A program made the position numbers and the translations under genes. Source: an uncultured delta proteobacterium (GTDB lineage Bacteria; Desulfobacterota; Binatia; JACPRU01). From it: a stretch of DNA of 64,000 bases. This document shows positions 29,728 to 39,358 of the stretch, piece after piece. The stretch is taken from NCBI GenBank assembly GCA_963745025.1, contig CAVUWD010000013.1, positions 288,001 to 352,000 of the forward strand. Direction: 5' to 3'. The notes under the pieces are model-generated. The model was not told the DNA's origin. It ran no database searches and saw only the letters and a list, made by a program, of their open reading frames with translations. The first letter of the stretch is position 1. Every line of letters begins with the position of its first letter.

Positions 29728-30399
29728 GTGCTTTCCTCGCGCGATTCGAGCGCGCCCGCCGTCGTGCCGCTCATCGAGGCGCATGCGGCGCGTCTCGAGC
29801 AGCTTTCCGACGATCGCTGGTCCGCCGACGCGGAGGCGCAGGCGCGCATGCTCCGCTCCGTCCAGGCGCTCTATGGGCTCGATGCGGTGACGGTCGGAGC
29901 GCGAGGCCTCGCCGCCGCCGCGCGAGAATGCCGAGCGCTCGGGCCGGCCTCGGTCGGGGAGATGGCGAGCGTCACATTGGCTCGCGACGTCATCCGCCGG
30001 CTGCGGTCTGTTCTTGGTGAACGAGCGGGCATTGCGGCGGTGCTTCCCGACGCCTCCCGCCTCGCTTCACTGCTCGGGGCTCCGGGCGAGACCGCATGGG
30101 CCAGCGCCGTTCTCGCCGAGCTCGTGCGCGCCGTCGGCCCCGAGGAGCCGGATCTGATCCTCCTCTGCGGCGACGACCCCGTCGATCCGACGCTCGAGAC
30201 GATCGCCGAATTCTTCGGTGCGTCGTTGCTGCCGATCGGCCGCTCGGCTCCTGCAGGAATGGTGGCCGTTACGCAGGCGGAGTTGATCCGCGGCGATTTA
30301 CCGCCCGGCTGGCTCTACACGACGACCACCGAGATCGAACCCGCGGCCGACCCGGCGACCGTTCGAGCGGCGATCGAGCGTTTGCGGGGCCCGCGATGA
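29728..30399 (+). CDS. Hypothetical protein, possibly a reduced URO-D/MtaA-like barrel (start uncertain)
   Basis: PAVVPLIEAHAARL..., QALYGLDAV and C-terminal TTTTEIEP resemble URO-D-fold proteins; its stop overlaps the next ATG (ATGA). Confidence 0.5.
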   Translation: MLSSRDSSAPAVVPLIEAHAARLEQLSDDRWSADAEAQARMLRSVQALYGLDAVTVGARGLAAAARECRALGPASVGEMASVTLARDVIRRLRSVLGERAGIAAVLPDASRLASLLGAPGETAWASAVLAELVRAVGPEEPDLILLCGDDPVDPTLETIAEFFGASLLPIGRSAPAGMVAVTQAELIRGDLPPGWLYTTTTEIEPAADPATVRAAIERLRGPR

Positions 30400-31628
30400 G
30401 TGTCGACCCGCGCTCGCGCCATCGCCCCGTGATCGTCGTCGGTGCCGGGCCGGTCGGCTTGAGCGCGGCGTTGGCCGTTCGAGCCGCAGGCCTCCCGGCG
30501 ACGATACTCGAGGCGGGGCCGGAGAACCGGCTCCGCCCCGGAAGCCGTGCGATCTACATCCATGGCACGACCCTCGAGACACTCGAGCGCGTGCACGCCG
30601 GCCTCGGCCGGCAGCTCGCCGAGCGCGGCGTCGTATGGCCGACCCGGCGCACGCTCTGGCGCGGTCGCGAGGTGTTCTCGCGCACGTACGATCCGGCCCC
30701 GAAATCGAAATTGCCGCACTTCACGAGCCTCCCGCAGACCCAGGCCGAAACGCTTTTTCTCGAGGCGTGCACGCAAGACGGGGTGGAGCTCGTCTGGGGC
30801 GCTGCCGTCGCGGGAGTGGACTCGCGCGCCGACGGAGTGACGATTCACCTCGCTTCCGGGGACGGGTGGACGGCGGATTACCTCGTGGGTGCGGACGGCG
30901 CTCGCTCCGCCGTGCGCCAGGCGATCGGAGTCGAGCTCGAGGGCAACTACTCGGTGAATTCCTACGTGATCGTCGACGTCGCGGAGGATCCGAGCGAACC
31001 CCTCCCGGTCGAGCGCGTCTTTCACTACGAGCACCCGGCGGTCGGCGGTCGAAACGTTCTACTGGTGCCGTTCGCTGGGGGTTGGCGCGCCGACCTGCAA
31101 TGCAAAGAAGACGACGATCCGGAGGCATTCAGCAAGCCGGAAGGCGCTCGTGCCTGGGTGGCGAGCACGCTCGGCGAGAGGTACGGCGGGCGCGTGACCT
31201 GGGTCTCGACCTACCAGTTCCTGCAGGTGATCGCCCAAAGCTTCGTCGATCGCAATCGTCGCGTCCTGCTGGTCGGAGAGGCGGCGCACCTGTTCGCTCC
31301 CTTCGGCGCTCGAGGCATGAACTCCGGAATCGCCGACGCCGCGGCGGCAGCGACCGCCATCAAAGCAGCGATCGGCGCGCGTTACACGGCGGCGGCGTCG
31401 GCGGCGATCGATGACTTTGCGCGCGAGCGTCACGCGGCCGCGGAATGGAATCGGGCGGCGGCGGGCGAAGCGCTCGCGCACTTGCAGGCGCACACGCCGT
31501 GGCGGCGCGTCAGGCGGATCGCCGCCGTACTCGCCGCGCCGTGGTGGCCGAGAGCTGGACAGTGGCTGGACACCGCGCCCTACGGGCCGCGCGGCGGACC
31601 CCCGACGGCGGGGCGTACGAAGTACTGA
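30396..31628 (+). CDS. FAD-dependent aromatic monooxygenase (MhpA/PHBH class A)
   Basis: GAGPVG, GADGARSAVR, VGEAAHLFAPFGARGMNSGIAD. Confidence 0.88.
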   Translation: MSVDPRSRHRPVIVVGAGPVGLSAALAVRAAGLPATILEAGPENRLRPGSRAIYIHGTTLETLERVHAGLGRQLAERGVVWPTRRTLWRGREVFSRTYDPAPKSKLPHFTSLPQTQAETLFLEACTQDGVELVWGAAVAGVDSRADGVTIHLASGDGWTADYLVGADGARSAVRQAIGVELEGNYSVNSYVIVDVAEDPSEPLPVERVFHYEHPAVGGRNVLLVPFAGGWRADLQCKEDDDPEAFSKPEGARAWVASTLGERYGGRVTWVSTYQFLQVIAQSFVDRNRRVLLVGEAAHLFAPFGARGMNSGIADAAAAATAIKAAIGARYTAAASAAIDDFARERHAAAEWNRAAAGEALAHLQAHTPWRRVRRIAAVLAAPWWPRAGQWLDTAPYGPRGGPPTAGRTKY

Positions 31629-31788
31629 GCAATCGAGCCGGTGTTTCCGGCCTCTCCCCTCGCAGCGACGCCCTGCGCCCCGGGGCGAGACGTCACCGTC
31701 TTCCACGGATGCCGTTGTCGCGGATGATGCGCACCTCGACCGCCCACGGGCAACTATTGACGGAACGGCGCCCGCAAGTGTCGCCGCG

Positions 31789-32919
31789 TCACACGATTGC
31801 GCGCGCCGCGGCGAGCCCGTCGACCTCCTCGCTCTTGAACCCCCAGTCGCGAAGCACCTCTCGGGTGTGCTGTCCGGGGATCGCGGGGGGGCGCTGCACT
31901 CTGCCCGGCGTACGGCTGAAGCGCGGAGCGGGTGCCGGCTGGACGACGCCTTCGACCTCGACGAACGCCTTTCGCCGGGTGTTGTGCGGGTGCGCGGGCG
32001 CCTCCTCGAGGGCGAGCACGGGCGCGAAGCACACGTCGGAGCCTTCCATGACCCGGCACCACTCATCGCGCGTCTTGGTGCGGATGACCGCCGCGACGCG
32101 CTCCTTCAGCGCCGGCCACCGCGCGCGGTCGTTCTGCGCCGGCAGGTCCTCCTTGTCGAGGCCGCTCAGGCGGAGCAGCTCCGCATAGAACTTCGGCTCG
32201 ATCGAGCCGAGTGAGACGTACTTTCCGTCACGGGTCTCGTAGGCGTCGTAGAAGTGGGAGCCCGTGTCGAGGAGATTCGTCCCCGGCTCGTCGGTCCATA
32301 TGCCCGCTGCACGCATCTCGTAGAACATCGTCATCAGGTGCGCGGCGCCGTCGACCATCGCCGCGTCGACCACCTGCCCCTTGCCCGAAGTCCTCGCTTC
32401 GAGCAGTGCCGACAAGATGCCGACCGCCAAGTAGAGCGCTCCGCCGCCGAAGTCGCCGACGAGGTTGAGCGGCGGGACGGGCTTCTCGCCGCGGCGCGCG
32501 CAGGAGCGGAGCGCGCCGGTGAGGGCGATGTAGTTGATGTCGTGGCCGGCGGCGAGGGCGAGCGGGCCCTCTTGCCCCCACCCCGTCATGCGGCCGTAGA
32601 CCAGGCGCGGGTTTCTCTTCAGGCAGACGTCGGGCCCGAGACCGATTCGCTCCATCACGCCCGGGCGGAATCCCTCGGTCAACGCGTCCGCCCGCTCGAT
32701 CAGCCGCAGGACCGCCTCCACCCCCTTCGGGTTCTTGAGGTCGACGGCGACCGAGCGACGGCCGCGCAGCAGAACGTTGGGAACGCTTCGTTTGCCGGCG
32801 ACCTCGAGCCGATCGATGCGAACGACTTCCGCTCCGAGGTCGGAAAGCAGCATCGCGCAGAACGGCCCCGGGCCGATTCCCGCGAACTCGATGATCTTGA
32901 TTCCAGCCAGAGGGCCCAT
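31789..32919 (-). CDS. CaiB/BaiF family alpha-methylacyl-CoA racemase-like protein
   Basis: [37 protein letters not shown]. Confidence 0.92.
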   Translation of the reverse strand: MGPLAGIKIIEFAGIGPGPFCAMLLSDLGAEVVRIDRLEVAGKRSVPNVLLRGRRSVAVDLKNPKGVEAVLRLIERADALTEGFRPGVMERIGLGPDVCLKRNPRLVYGRMTGWGQEGPLALAAGHDINYIALTGALRSCARRGEKPVPPLNLVGDFGGGALYLAVGILSALLEARTSGKGQVVDAAMVDGAAHLMTMFYEMRAAGIWTDEPGTNLLDTGSHFYDAYETRDGKYVSLGSIEPKFYAELLRLSGLDKEDLPAQNDRARWPALKERVAAVIRTKTRDEWCRVMEGSDVCFAPVLALEEAPAHPHNTRRKAFVEVEGVVQPAPAPRFSRTPGRVQRPPAIPGQHTREVLRDWGFKSEEVDGLAAARAIV

Positions 32920-33004
32920 GAGCTACCTCCCGCGATACCTCTAGTGAGGAGACGGCGGCGCCACAAGTGCCGCCCGCCGTGGAAAGTCTCCGCGCAGCAC
33001 CACA

Positions 33005-33760
33005 TCACCTCGTCGCGCCGGGAATGAATATACGCTGACCGACCTCGATGTGCGCGGGATCCTCGATTCCGTTCTCGCTGGCGAGGTCGCGGTAGTCGAC
33101 GCCGTACGCCCTGGCGATGCCGAAGAGGGACTCTCCGGCAGCGACGACGTGGTAGAGGCCGCCGCCGCGGGTCGGCTTCGCGCCAGGCAGGCTGCCTGCG
33201 AGCGCTCCGCTGCCCTGCTTGGCGGCGTCGCTCCTCGTCTTCGGTACGGCCTCCGCAGATTCGCCGCTGTCTTCGCGCGGCTCGCCGGCCGCTTCCGGCA
33301 GCGTGACGCCGATCTCGCGCAGTTGCTCTTCCAGGGCCTGCAGCTGGTTCTTGAGACGCTGGTCCTCGCCTCGGCTCTTGGTCAGGTCGCGAAGCAACGA
33401 GTCGACTAGCGCGCGTAGACGTTTGTTCTCCTTCAAAAGCTCTTGCGAGCGGGTGTCGCCTCGAGCGACTTCCTGGCGGAGCGTGTCCACGGCCGCCGTG
33501 AGTATCTCGAATTGTTTGTCGGTGGCGTCGGTCGACGGCGTGGCGGACGTGGGTAGCGGGGTCTGCGCCTCTGGCGGTGGCATGTCGGGCTCGCGGACCA
33601 CCCGAGTCTCCAACGGCGATGCGCGTCGGGGCGGTGTCTCGGGAGCCGAGGAAGCGCCGGGGAGCATGCCGCTACAAGCGGTCAGCCACGCGGCCGGCGT
33701 GAGCGCGAGCGCGACGTGCCGACGTCGAGCGGATCTGGCAGCGGCAAAGGGAAGAGGCAA
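33005..33760 (-). CDS. LysM-domain lipoprotein with a coiled coil
   Basis: Lipobox-like WLTAC, central coiled coil, C-terminal HVVAAGESLFGIARAYG...GQRIFIP. Confidence 0.75.
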   Translation of the reverse strand: MPLPFAAARSARRRHVALALTPAAWLTACSGMLPGASSAPETPPRRASPLETRVVREPDMPPPEAQTPLPTSATPSTDATDKQFEILTAAVDTLRQEVARGDTRSQELLKENKRLRALVDSLLRDLTKSRGEDQRLKNQLQALEEQLREIGVTLPEAAGEPREDSGESAEAVPKTRSDAAKQGSGALAGSLPGAKPTRGGGLYHVVAAGESLFGIARAYGVDYRDLASENGIEDPAHIEVGQRIFIPGATR

Positions 33761-33970
33761 TGAACGGTCTCGGCGCTTCGTTTGCGATCCCGGAACTTTT
33801 CGCGTGAGCGGGCCTTCTGCATCCGCGAGCTTGGTATTGAACTAGCGGACCCTACTCAGCCTCGCAACAAACGCCCGATTGGACCAGGGCCCGAACGCAA
33901 CCTTCTCCCCGTGGACGAAACGCGCGTGTGGGAGGGGCCGCGGTCGAGCCGTTGTGGACAGGTGATGCCT

Positions 33971-34170
33971 CAGTCTTCGCCTCCGGCGCTCGAGATCCGG
34001 GAGCGCTGGACTTTCCGGTCGGCCCGGATTCGGGTCGACCGGAAAATCCAGCCACCGCGCGGAGCGCGGAAGACAATAGACCAGTGTCGAGGGTTATTGT
34101 CTTCCGCGCTCCGCGCGGTTGCGGTCGGTTGTGATCGACCCGAGTACGGGCCGACCACAACCGACCGCGT
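33971..34170 (+). repeat. Three-hairpin intergenic repeat element, copy 1
   Basis: Stems at 34005-34052, 34054-34119 (perfect 25 bp) and 34121-34168; homologous to the reverse complement of 62277-62475. Confidence 0.85.
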
Positions 34171-34306
34171 CCGTCTCCTCGAGCGTGGTGCGAAAACTGA
34201 TCGGGTGCGGGTCACAGTGGACGGCGAAGATTCGGTTTCGATTTTCGAGCGCGTCGAGTATGGTGCGAGCGAGGGCGCTTGGACGAATCGAACCCGGGAG
34301 GATGCC

Positions 34307-35740
34307 ATGATATCGCTCGACGACTACACCCGCCACGACGCGCTCGGCCTCGCGGAGCTCGTCGCCCGCAAGCAAGTCACCGCCAAGGAGCTAGCGGACG
34401 CCGCTCTGCAAGCCGTGGAGAAGGTGAACCCGAAGATCAACGCGGTGCTGCAAACGCTTCCGTTCGATGGAGCTTCCGCCAGCCCCACGGGCCCGTTTGC
34501 CGGAGTGCCGTTTCTCATCAAGGAGCTCGTGCTGCACGCCAAGAACGTGCGCTGCGGCATGGGCTCGAAGCTCGCGCAAGGATTCGTGCCATCGGAGGAC
34601 ACGGAGCTGATGGCGCGCTTCCGCCGCGCGGGGCTGGTGCTCGTCGGCACCACGCAAACTCCCGAGTTCGGCTACAATCCGACCACCGAGACGAAGCTCT
34701 TCGGCCCGGTGCACAACCCGTGGGACCTTTCGCGAAGCCCCGGCGGCTCGAGCGGCGGGTCGGGCGCCGCGGTCGCGGCCGGCATCGTACCGCTCGCCCA
34801 CGCGAACGACGGCGGCGGATCGATCCGCATCCCGGCGTCGTGCAACGGTCTCGTCGGCCTGAAGCCCTCGCGCGACCGCGTGCCGACGGGGCCGGACTAC
34901 GCCGATCTGCTCTGCGGCCTCGCCTGCGAGTTCGTGGTGACGCGTAGCGTCCGCGACGCGGCGGCGCTGCTCGATGCGGTCGCCGGGCCGGACGTCGGGG
35001 CGCCGTCGCATCCGGTGCCGCCGGCGCGCCCGTACCGCCAGGAGGTCGGCGCGAAGCCCGGTCGGCTGCGCGTCGCCTGGACGACGAGGCCCGCGTCGGG
35101 GGCGAAGATCGAGCCCGAGTGCGAGAAGGCGGTACGCGAGACGGTCCGCCTGCTCGAAGAGCTCGGCCACACGGTGGTGGAGGACGCGCCGCGCTACGAC
35201 TGGGACGAGTTTCTCGAGCGCGTTCACGTGATCTGGACGGCCTTCACGGCGCTCAGCGCCGATGCGGTGTGCGCCGCGCTCGGACGGAAGCCGGGGCCGG
35301 ACAATCTCGAGGCCGTGACCCTCGCCTGCTACGAGGATGGCAAACGCTACACGGCGCTCGATCTGTTGAACTCGATGGCCCACGGCAACGTGCTGTCGCG
35401 GCAGGTCGGCGCGTTCTTCGAGAAGGTCGACGTGCTGGTGACGCCGACGATCGCGGCCCTGCCGGCGCCGCTCGGCGAGCTCGATCAGAACCGCAAGGGA
35501 ATGACGGCGATGGAGTGGACGAGGCAGGTGTTCGCGTACGTCCCGTTCACGCCGCTGTTCAACACGACGGGCCAGCCGGCGATGTCGTTGCCGCTCCACT
35601 GGAGCGCGGGCGGCGTGCCGGTCGGCGTGCAGATCGCCGGGCGCTTCGGCGACGAGGCGACGCTCTTTCGATTGGGGGCGCAGCTCGAAGAGGCGAGGCC
35701 ATGGGCAGGCAAGCGGCCTCGTGCTCACGCGGCCGCGTGA
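34307..35740 (+). CDS. Amidase signature family protein
   Basis: [46 protein letters not shown]; GGAGG RBS. Confidence 0.93.
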   Translation: MISLDDYTRHDALGLAELVARKQVTAKELADAALQAVEKVNPKINAVLQTLPFDGASASPTGPFAGVPFLIKELVLHAKNVRCGMGSKLAQGFVPSEDTELMARFRRAGLVLVGTTQTPEFGYNPTTETKLFGPVHNPWDLSRSPGGSSGGSGAAVAAGIVPLAHANDGGGSIRIPASCNGLVGLKPSRDRVPTGPDYADLLCGLACEFVVTRSVRDAAALLDAVAGPDVGAPSHPVPPARPYRQEVGAKPGRLRVAWTTRPASGAKIEPECEKAVRETVRLLEELGHTVVEDAPRYDWDEFLERVHVIWTAFTALSADAVCAALGRKPGPDNLEAVTLACYEDGKRYTALDLLNSMAHGNVLSRQVGAFFEKVDVLVTPTIAALPAPLGELDQNRKGMTAMEWTRQVFAYVPFTPLFNTTGQPAMSLPLHWSAGGVPVGVQIAGRFGDEATLFRLGAQLEEARPWAGKRPRAHAAA

Positions 35741-35787
35741 ATGAGCCGGAGCGCCGGGATCGCTGAGCAGAGCGGCTGCGGCGTCCC

Positions 35788-36657
35788 CTACGCCAAGAAC
35801 TCGCGGACGGCCCGGAGGAAGACGTCGAGCTGGTCGTGGTGGACCCAGTGGCCGGCCTTGGCGATGTTCACCAGCCGGTAATTGCGGAAGGCCGTCGCGC
35901 GCCCGTCCTTCTCGGGATCGGACGCCCAGGAATCCATGCCGCGAAGCAGCAGCACCGGGCAGGTGATGTGCTGCCAGAGCTCGCGGGCATCGCGAACGTT
36001 GAAGAGGTAGGGGGAGACGGCGCGGACGTAGTTGTCGAACTTCCAGAGGTAGGTGCCGTCTTCGTCCCGGTAGCAGCCGTGGATCGTCAGGTGGCGCGCC
36101 TGATCGACGGAGAGGTGAGGATTCGCTTCCCGCATGCGCACGACCGCTTCGTCGAGTGTCTTGTAGCGGTGCGGGTGGCGGCGGGCGAGCGCCTGCATCT
36201 CGCCGATCCATTCGTGCATGCGCTCGTGCGCGGGTCTGTCCTCGCGGATCATCTCCGGCGGCGGACCGAGGCCTTCGATGGCGACCACCTTCTTCACCCG
36301 GTCCGGGAACGTGCCGGTGTACTGTAGGGCGATCGCGCCGCCGAGCGAGTGGCCGATGATCGTGATCGGCCAGAGCTTCAGCGCGTCGAGCAGCTGCGCC
36401 ACGTCGAGCGTGTAGTCGACCATCGAATAGCTCGAGCCGATCGCCCACTGCGAGTCGCCGTGGCCGCGGAGATCGGGGGCGATCACGTGGTATTCGCGCC
36501 GCAAGGCGAGCGCGACCCAGTCCCAGTTCCGCGCATGATCACGCCCGCCGTGGATGAGCAGGAGCGGCGGCTTGTCGTGGTTCCCCCAGTCGACGTAGTG
36601 AAGCTTCAGCCGCAGCGAATGGAAGTAGTGCGAGGTTGGACCGACCAGGGTCGTCAT
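35788..36657 (-). CDS. Alpha/beta fold hydrolase
   Basis: LIHGGRDH, DLRGHG, GHSLGG, AGHWVHHD. Confidence 0.9.
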   Translation of the reverse strand: MTTLVGPTSHYFHSLRLKLHYVDWGNHDKPPLLLIHGGRDHARNWDWVALALRREYHVIAPDLRGHGDSQWAIGSSYSMVDYTLDVAQLLDALKLWPITIIGHSLGGAIALQYTGTFPDRVKKVVAIEGLGPPPEMIREDRPAHERMHEWIGEMQALARRHPHRYKTLDEAVVRMREANPHLSVDQARHLTIHGCYRDEDGTYLWKFDNYVRAVSPYLFNVRDARELWQHITCPVLLLRGMDSWASDPEKDGRATAFRNYRLVNIAKAGHWVHHDQLDVFLRAVREFLA

Positions 36658-36814
36658 GAGGGAGCTCCTTTCCCTGCTCCGTATCACATTCGGACGGAAT
36701 CAGCGCGGCTCGCCCGGCGAGCACGAAACGGCAATCGGGCTCGACCGGAATGTCACGGATCGCACGGGTCAAGGGCGCGACCGTGATCGCGGTCCGGAGG
36801 GCGTCGAAGAAGCC

Positions 36815-37357
36815 ATGTCCCGCCGGGCGACTGTCCGACGCCCTGCGCTAGCGACGCACTTCCCACGACGCGTCGCAGGGCGTAAAAGCCGCGACCATGC
36901 GCTACCGAGACCTCCGACTCGGCTCCTTTGGCTGTTTCTCGTCGTGCTCTTGGCCTCTCCGGCTGCGGGTGGAGAGCTGCCAAAGGATCTTCAGGACCTC
37001 CTTGCCTCGAGCACCTACGTTTACATTTCCTCGACACGAAAAGACGGGGCGCTCTCGCGCCCCGCCGAGATCTGGTTTCTCTGGCACAAGGGATCGGTCT
37101 ACGTGGCCTCGGCGCCTACGACGTGGCGGGTGCGCAGGATTCGCTGGGGACGCCCGCAAGCGAAGATTTGGGTCGGCAAGCCCGATGGACCGTCGTTCAC
37201 GGCGGCTGGTGCGGTGGTGAACGAGCCGCAATTGTACCCGATCCTTTTCGAGACCTACGCGCGGAAGTATCCGGACCGCTGGAAGAGCTGGGAAGAGAAC
37301 TTCCGGAAGGGGCTCGCCGACGGTAGCCGCGTGCTCGTCCGATACGCGCCGGAGTGA
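36815..37357 (+). CDS. Exported PPOX/split-barrel (DUF2255-like) protein (start uncertain)
   Basis: YISSTRKDG..SRPAEIWF, TWRVRRI, YARKY; hydrophobic leader. Confidence 0.6.
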   Translation: MSRRATVRRPALATHFPRRVAGRKSRDHALPRPPTRLLWLFLVVLLASPAAGGELPKDLQDLLASSTYVYISSTRKDGALSRPAEIWFLWHKGSVYVASAPTTWRVRRIRWGRPQAKIWVGKPDGPSFTAAGAVVNEPQLYPILFETYARKYPDRWKSWEENFRKGLADGSRVLVRYAPE

Positions 37358-37717
37358 TCGGCGAAATGGCTCGACGCCGTCGTGGCCGAGGCCCCTTCTT
37401 CTCGGCATGGGGACGACCGGCCACGTCGGTGCCCGTCATCGTGTAAGCCAGCAGATGCCGGCCTCTCTTATAGCGTCGAGAATCTAGCCAGTGCGGTAGT
37501 CCATCTCCGCGAGAGCATCTGCCCAATCACCGTTACCGGTCTTGCCGGCGAAATTCGCATTGGGCAGCGTTGGCATGTGAGCAGAACGCCCGTTTTTAGG
37601 ATGAGATCGACGGTTCCTGTTCGCCGACAGCAGCTCCTTGCGTCGATCTCGCGGCGGATAGAAGCCAAAGGCGTCGCTCCCACGCAAAGCGCCACGGACC
37701 ATGCGGTGATGCTCAGG

Positions 37718-39244
37718 TCAGTACGTGTCCGCCCCGCCCGTGTGGCACTCGACACAGTTGGTGTACTCGTCGAGATGCTCTTTACCGGCAGCGTGGTAGA
37801 AGACCTGCCCCTTGGCGAAATCGACAACGCCGCTGCCGTCGCCGTCACCTTGGCTCAGCACGACGTGGCAGCCGGTGCAGGTCGTGAACACGCTCTTGCC
37901 GGAAGCGTCCTTCAAGGTCTTGTTGTGGCAGCGGAAGCATCCCGCCGAATCGCGGTGCCCGAGGTTGTCGGGATACGACGACCAGCGAACCTTCATCTCG
38001 GGGAACATGCTGCGCTCGTAGATCTCCTGCACGGCCGCCACCGCAGCGGCCACCGAGTCGGGCTTACCGAGCGTCGGGAACTCCTTGGCGTAGTAGTCGT
38101 TCAACGTCTTGGCGATCTCCGTCTTCGCGGTCGCAGTGTCCGGGTAGTCCGCGGAGAGAACCTCCACGCCCTTCTTCTTGATGGACGGCAACGACCGATC
38201 GATGCGACCGCCGGCGAGGTAGGCGTTCATCGTGTTCATCGGAGCGACGAACCGATGCGCCGGTCGGTTGTGACAGTCGAGGCAATCCATGCGGTACAGC
38301 GTCGCGCCCTCGGGCGGCGCGGTGTAGCTGCCGGCGCGGACGCGTCTGAACACTCTCTTCGCCCCGTCCGGCTCCGTAACCCGGACCCAGTTGATGTGCT
38401 GTTTGGCCGCGTCGGCCGCGGCGAACTCGACCGTGCGGCCGAGCATCATGTGATAGTGGATGCCCTCGCCCGAAATGAGTCCGGCGTGCATGCCGCCGAC
38501 TTTCACCAGCAGGCGCAGACCGCTCTCCTTGTTGTCCGGCTCGCTCGAGAAGTAGGTGTTCACGACCTCCTTGTAACCCACCCACCGATCGCGCCAGTGG
38601 CAGCTCTCGCAGATCTCGCGCGCCGGACGCATGCTGTGAATCGGCACGCCGATGGGCTTCGGAAACGCGCCCGTGATCACGTGGAGAAGCTGTCTCGCGC
38701 CGCGGAGCTTGCTCTGCGCGAATGAGCCGGCTCCGGTGCCCACGTGGCACTCGGCGCATCCGACCTTGGCGTGCGGGGATAGCGCGTGCGTGGTCGCCTC
38801 GGGCCGCATCACCGAGTGGCAGGCGCCGCCGCAGAACGCGTCCGATTCGGCGTACACGACCGTCTTGTACGACGCCGTCGTCATCGCGCCCATGCCCATC
38901 ACGAGCAAGAACACCGAGCCGAGCGCGAGATAGCGATCGCGCTGGCGGTTGAGGTCCAGCGTGAGAAGCGCGAGCGGCTTCCAGGGCGTGCCCTTCCTAC
39001 GACGTCGCGCCGCCATGAGCGCTCCGAGGATGACCAGCGCGAGCGCCGCAGCCGCGAGTACGCCGAGCAGGAGGTAGACAAGTCCGACATACGGGTTCTC
39101 CTGGGCGCCGAGGAGGTCCGCGACCCACATGACGACCGCGAGCGACCCGGCGACGACGAGCAGCGCGATGCCGACGATGCTCGTCCAGTTGTAGAGGAGG
39201 CGCCGAACGCCCGCCTCGCTGCTGCTGTTCTCGGTCGCTGCCAT
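37718..39244 (-). CDS. Membrane-anchored multiheme c-type cytochrome (NapC/NirT N-terminal domain plus extension)
   Basis: Three N-terminal TMs; CGGACH plus CAECH, CESCH, CLDCH, CFRCH, CTGCH and CVECH. Confidence 0.88.
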   Translation of the reverse strand: MAATENSSSEAGVRRLLYNWTSIVGIALLVVAGSLAVVMWVADLLGAQENPYVGLVYLLLGVLAAAALALVILGALMAARRRRKGTPWKPLALLTLDLNRQRDRYLALGSVFLLVMGMGAMTTASYKTVVYAESDAFCGGACHSVMRPEATTHALSPHAKVGCAECHVGTGAGSFAQSKLRGARQLLHVITGAFPKPIGVPIHSMRPAREICESCHWRDRWVGYKEVVNTYFSSEPDNKESGLRLLVKVGGMHAGLISGEGIHYHMMLGRTVEFAAADAAKQHINWVRVTEPDGAKRVFRRVRAGSYTAPPEGATLYRMDCLDCHNRPAHRFVAPMNTMNAYLAGGRIDRSLPSIKKKGVEVLSADYPDTATAKTEIAKTLNDYYAKEFPTLGKPDSVAAAVAAVQEIYERSMFPEMKVRWSSYPDNLGHRDSAGCFRCHNKTLKDASGKSVFTTCTGCHVVLSQGDGDGSGVVDFAKGQVFYHAAGKEHLDEYTNCVECHTGGADTY

Positions 39245-39358
39245 CGCGCTTCGCTCTAGCGAGTGTCTCGAGAGGCGCCCGAACGCGGGCTCACTGCAAA
39301 CATTGCGAATCCCCCAAGCGGCGGCTTACGTACCATGGTAATCGCGTGAAATCCACGA

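Noticed and set aside
33811-33839. RpoE-like promoter GGAACTT...TCTG
   Set aside because: Weak -10 match and no nearby gene start in that orientation
33782-34306. N-terminal extension of the amidase (and of the hydrolase ORF at 62150-62350)
   Set aside because: These frames run through the non-coding hairpin element; strong RBSs mark the true starts at 34307 and 62149
37660-37710. Possible c-di-GMP-I riboswitch (ACGCAAAG-like word)
   Set aside because: The rest of the consensus is missing and the site lies between convergent genes
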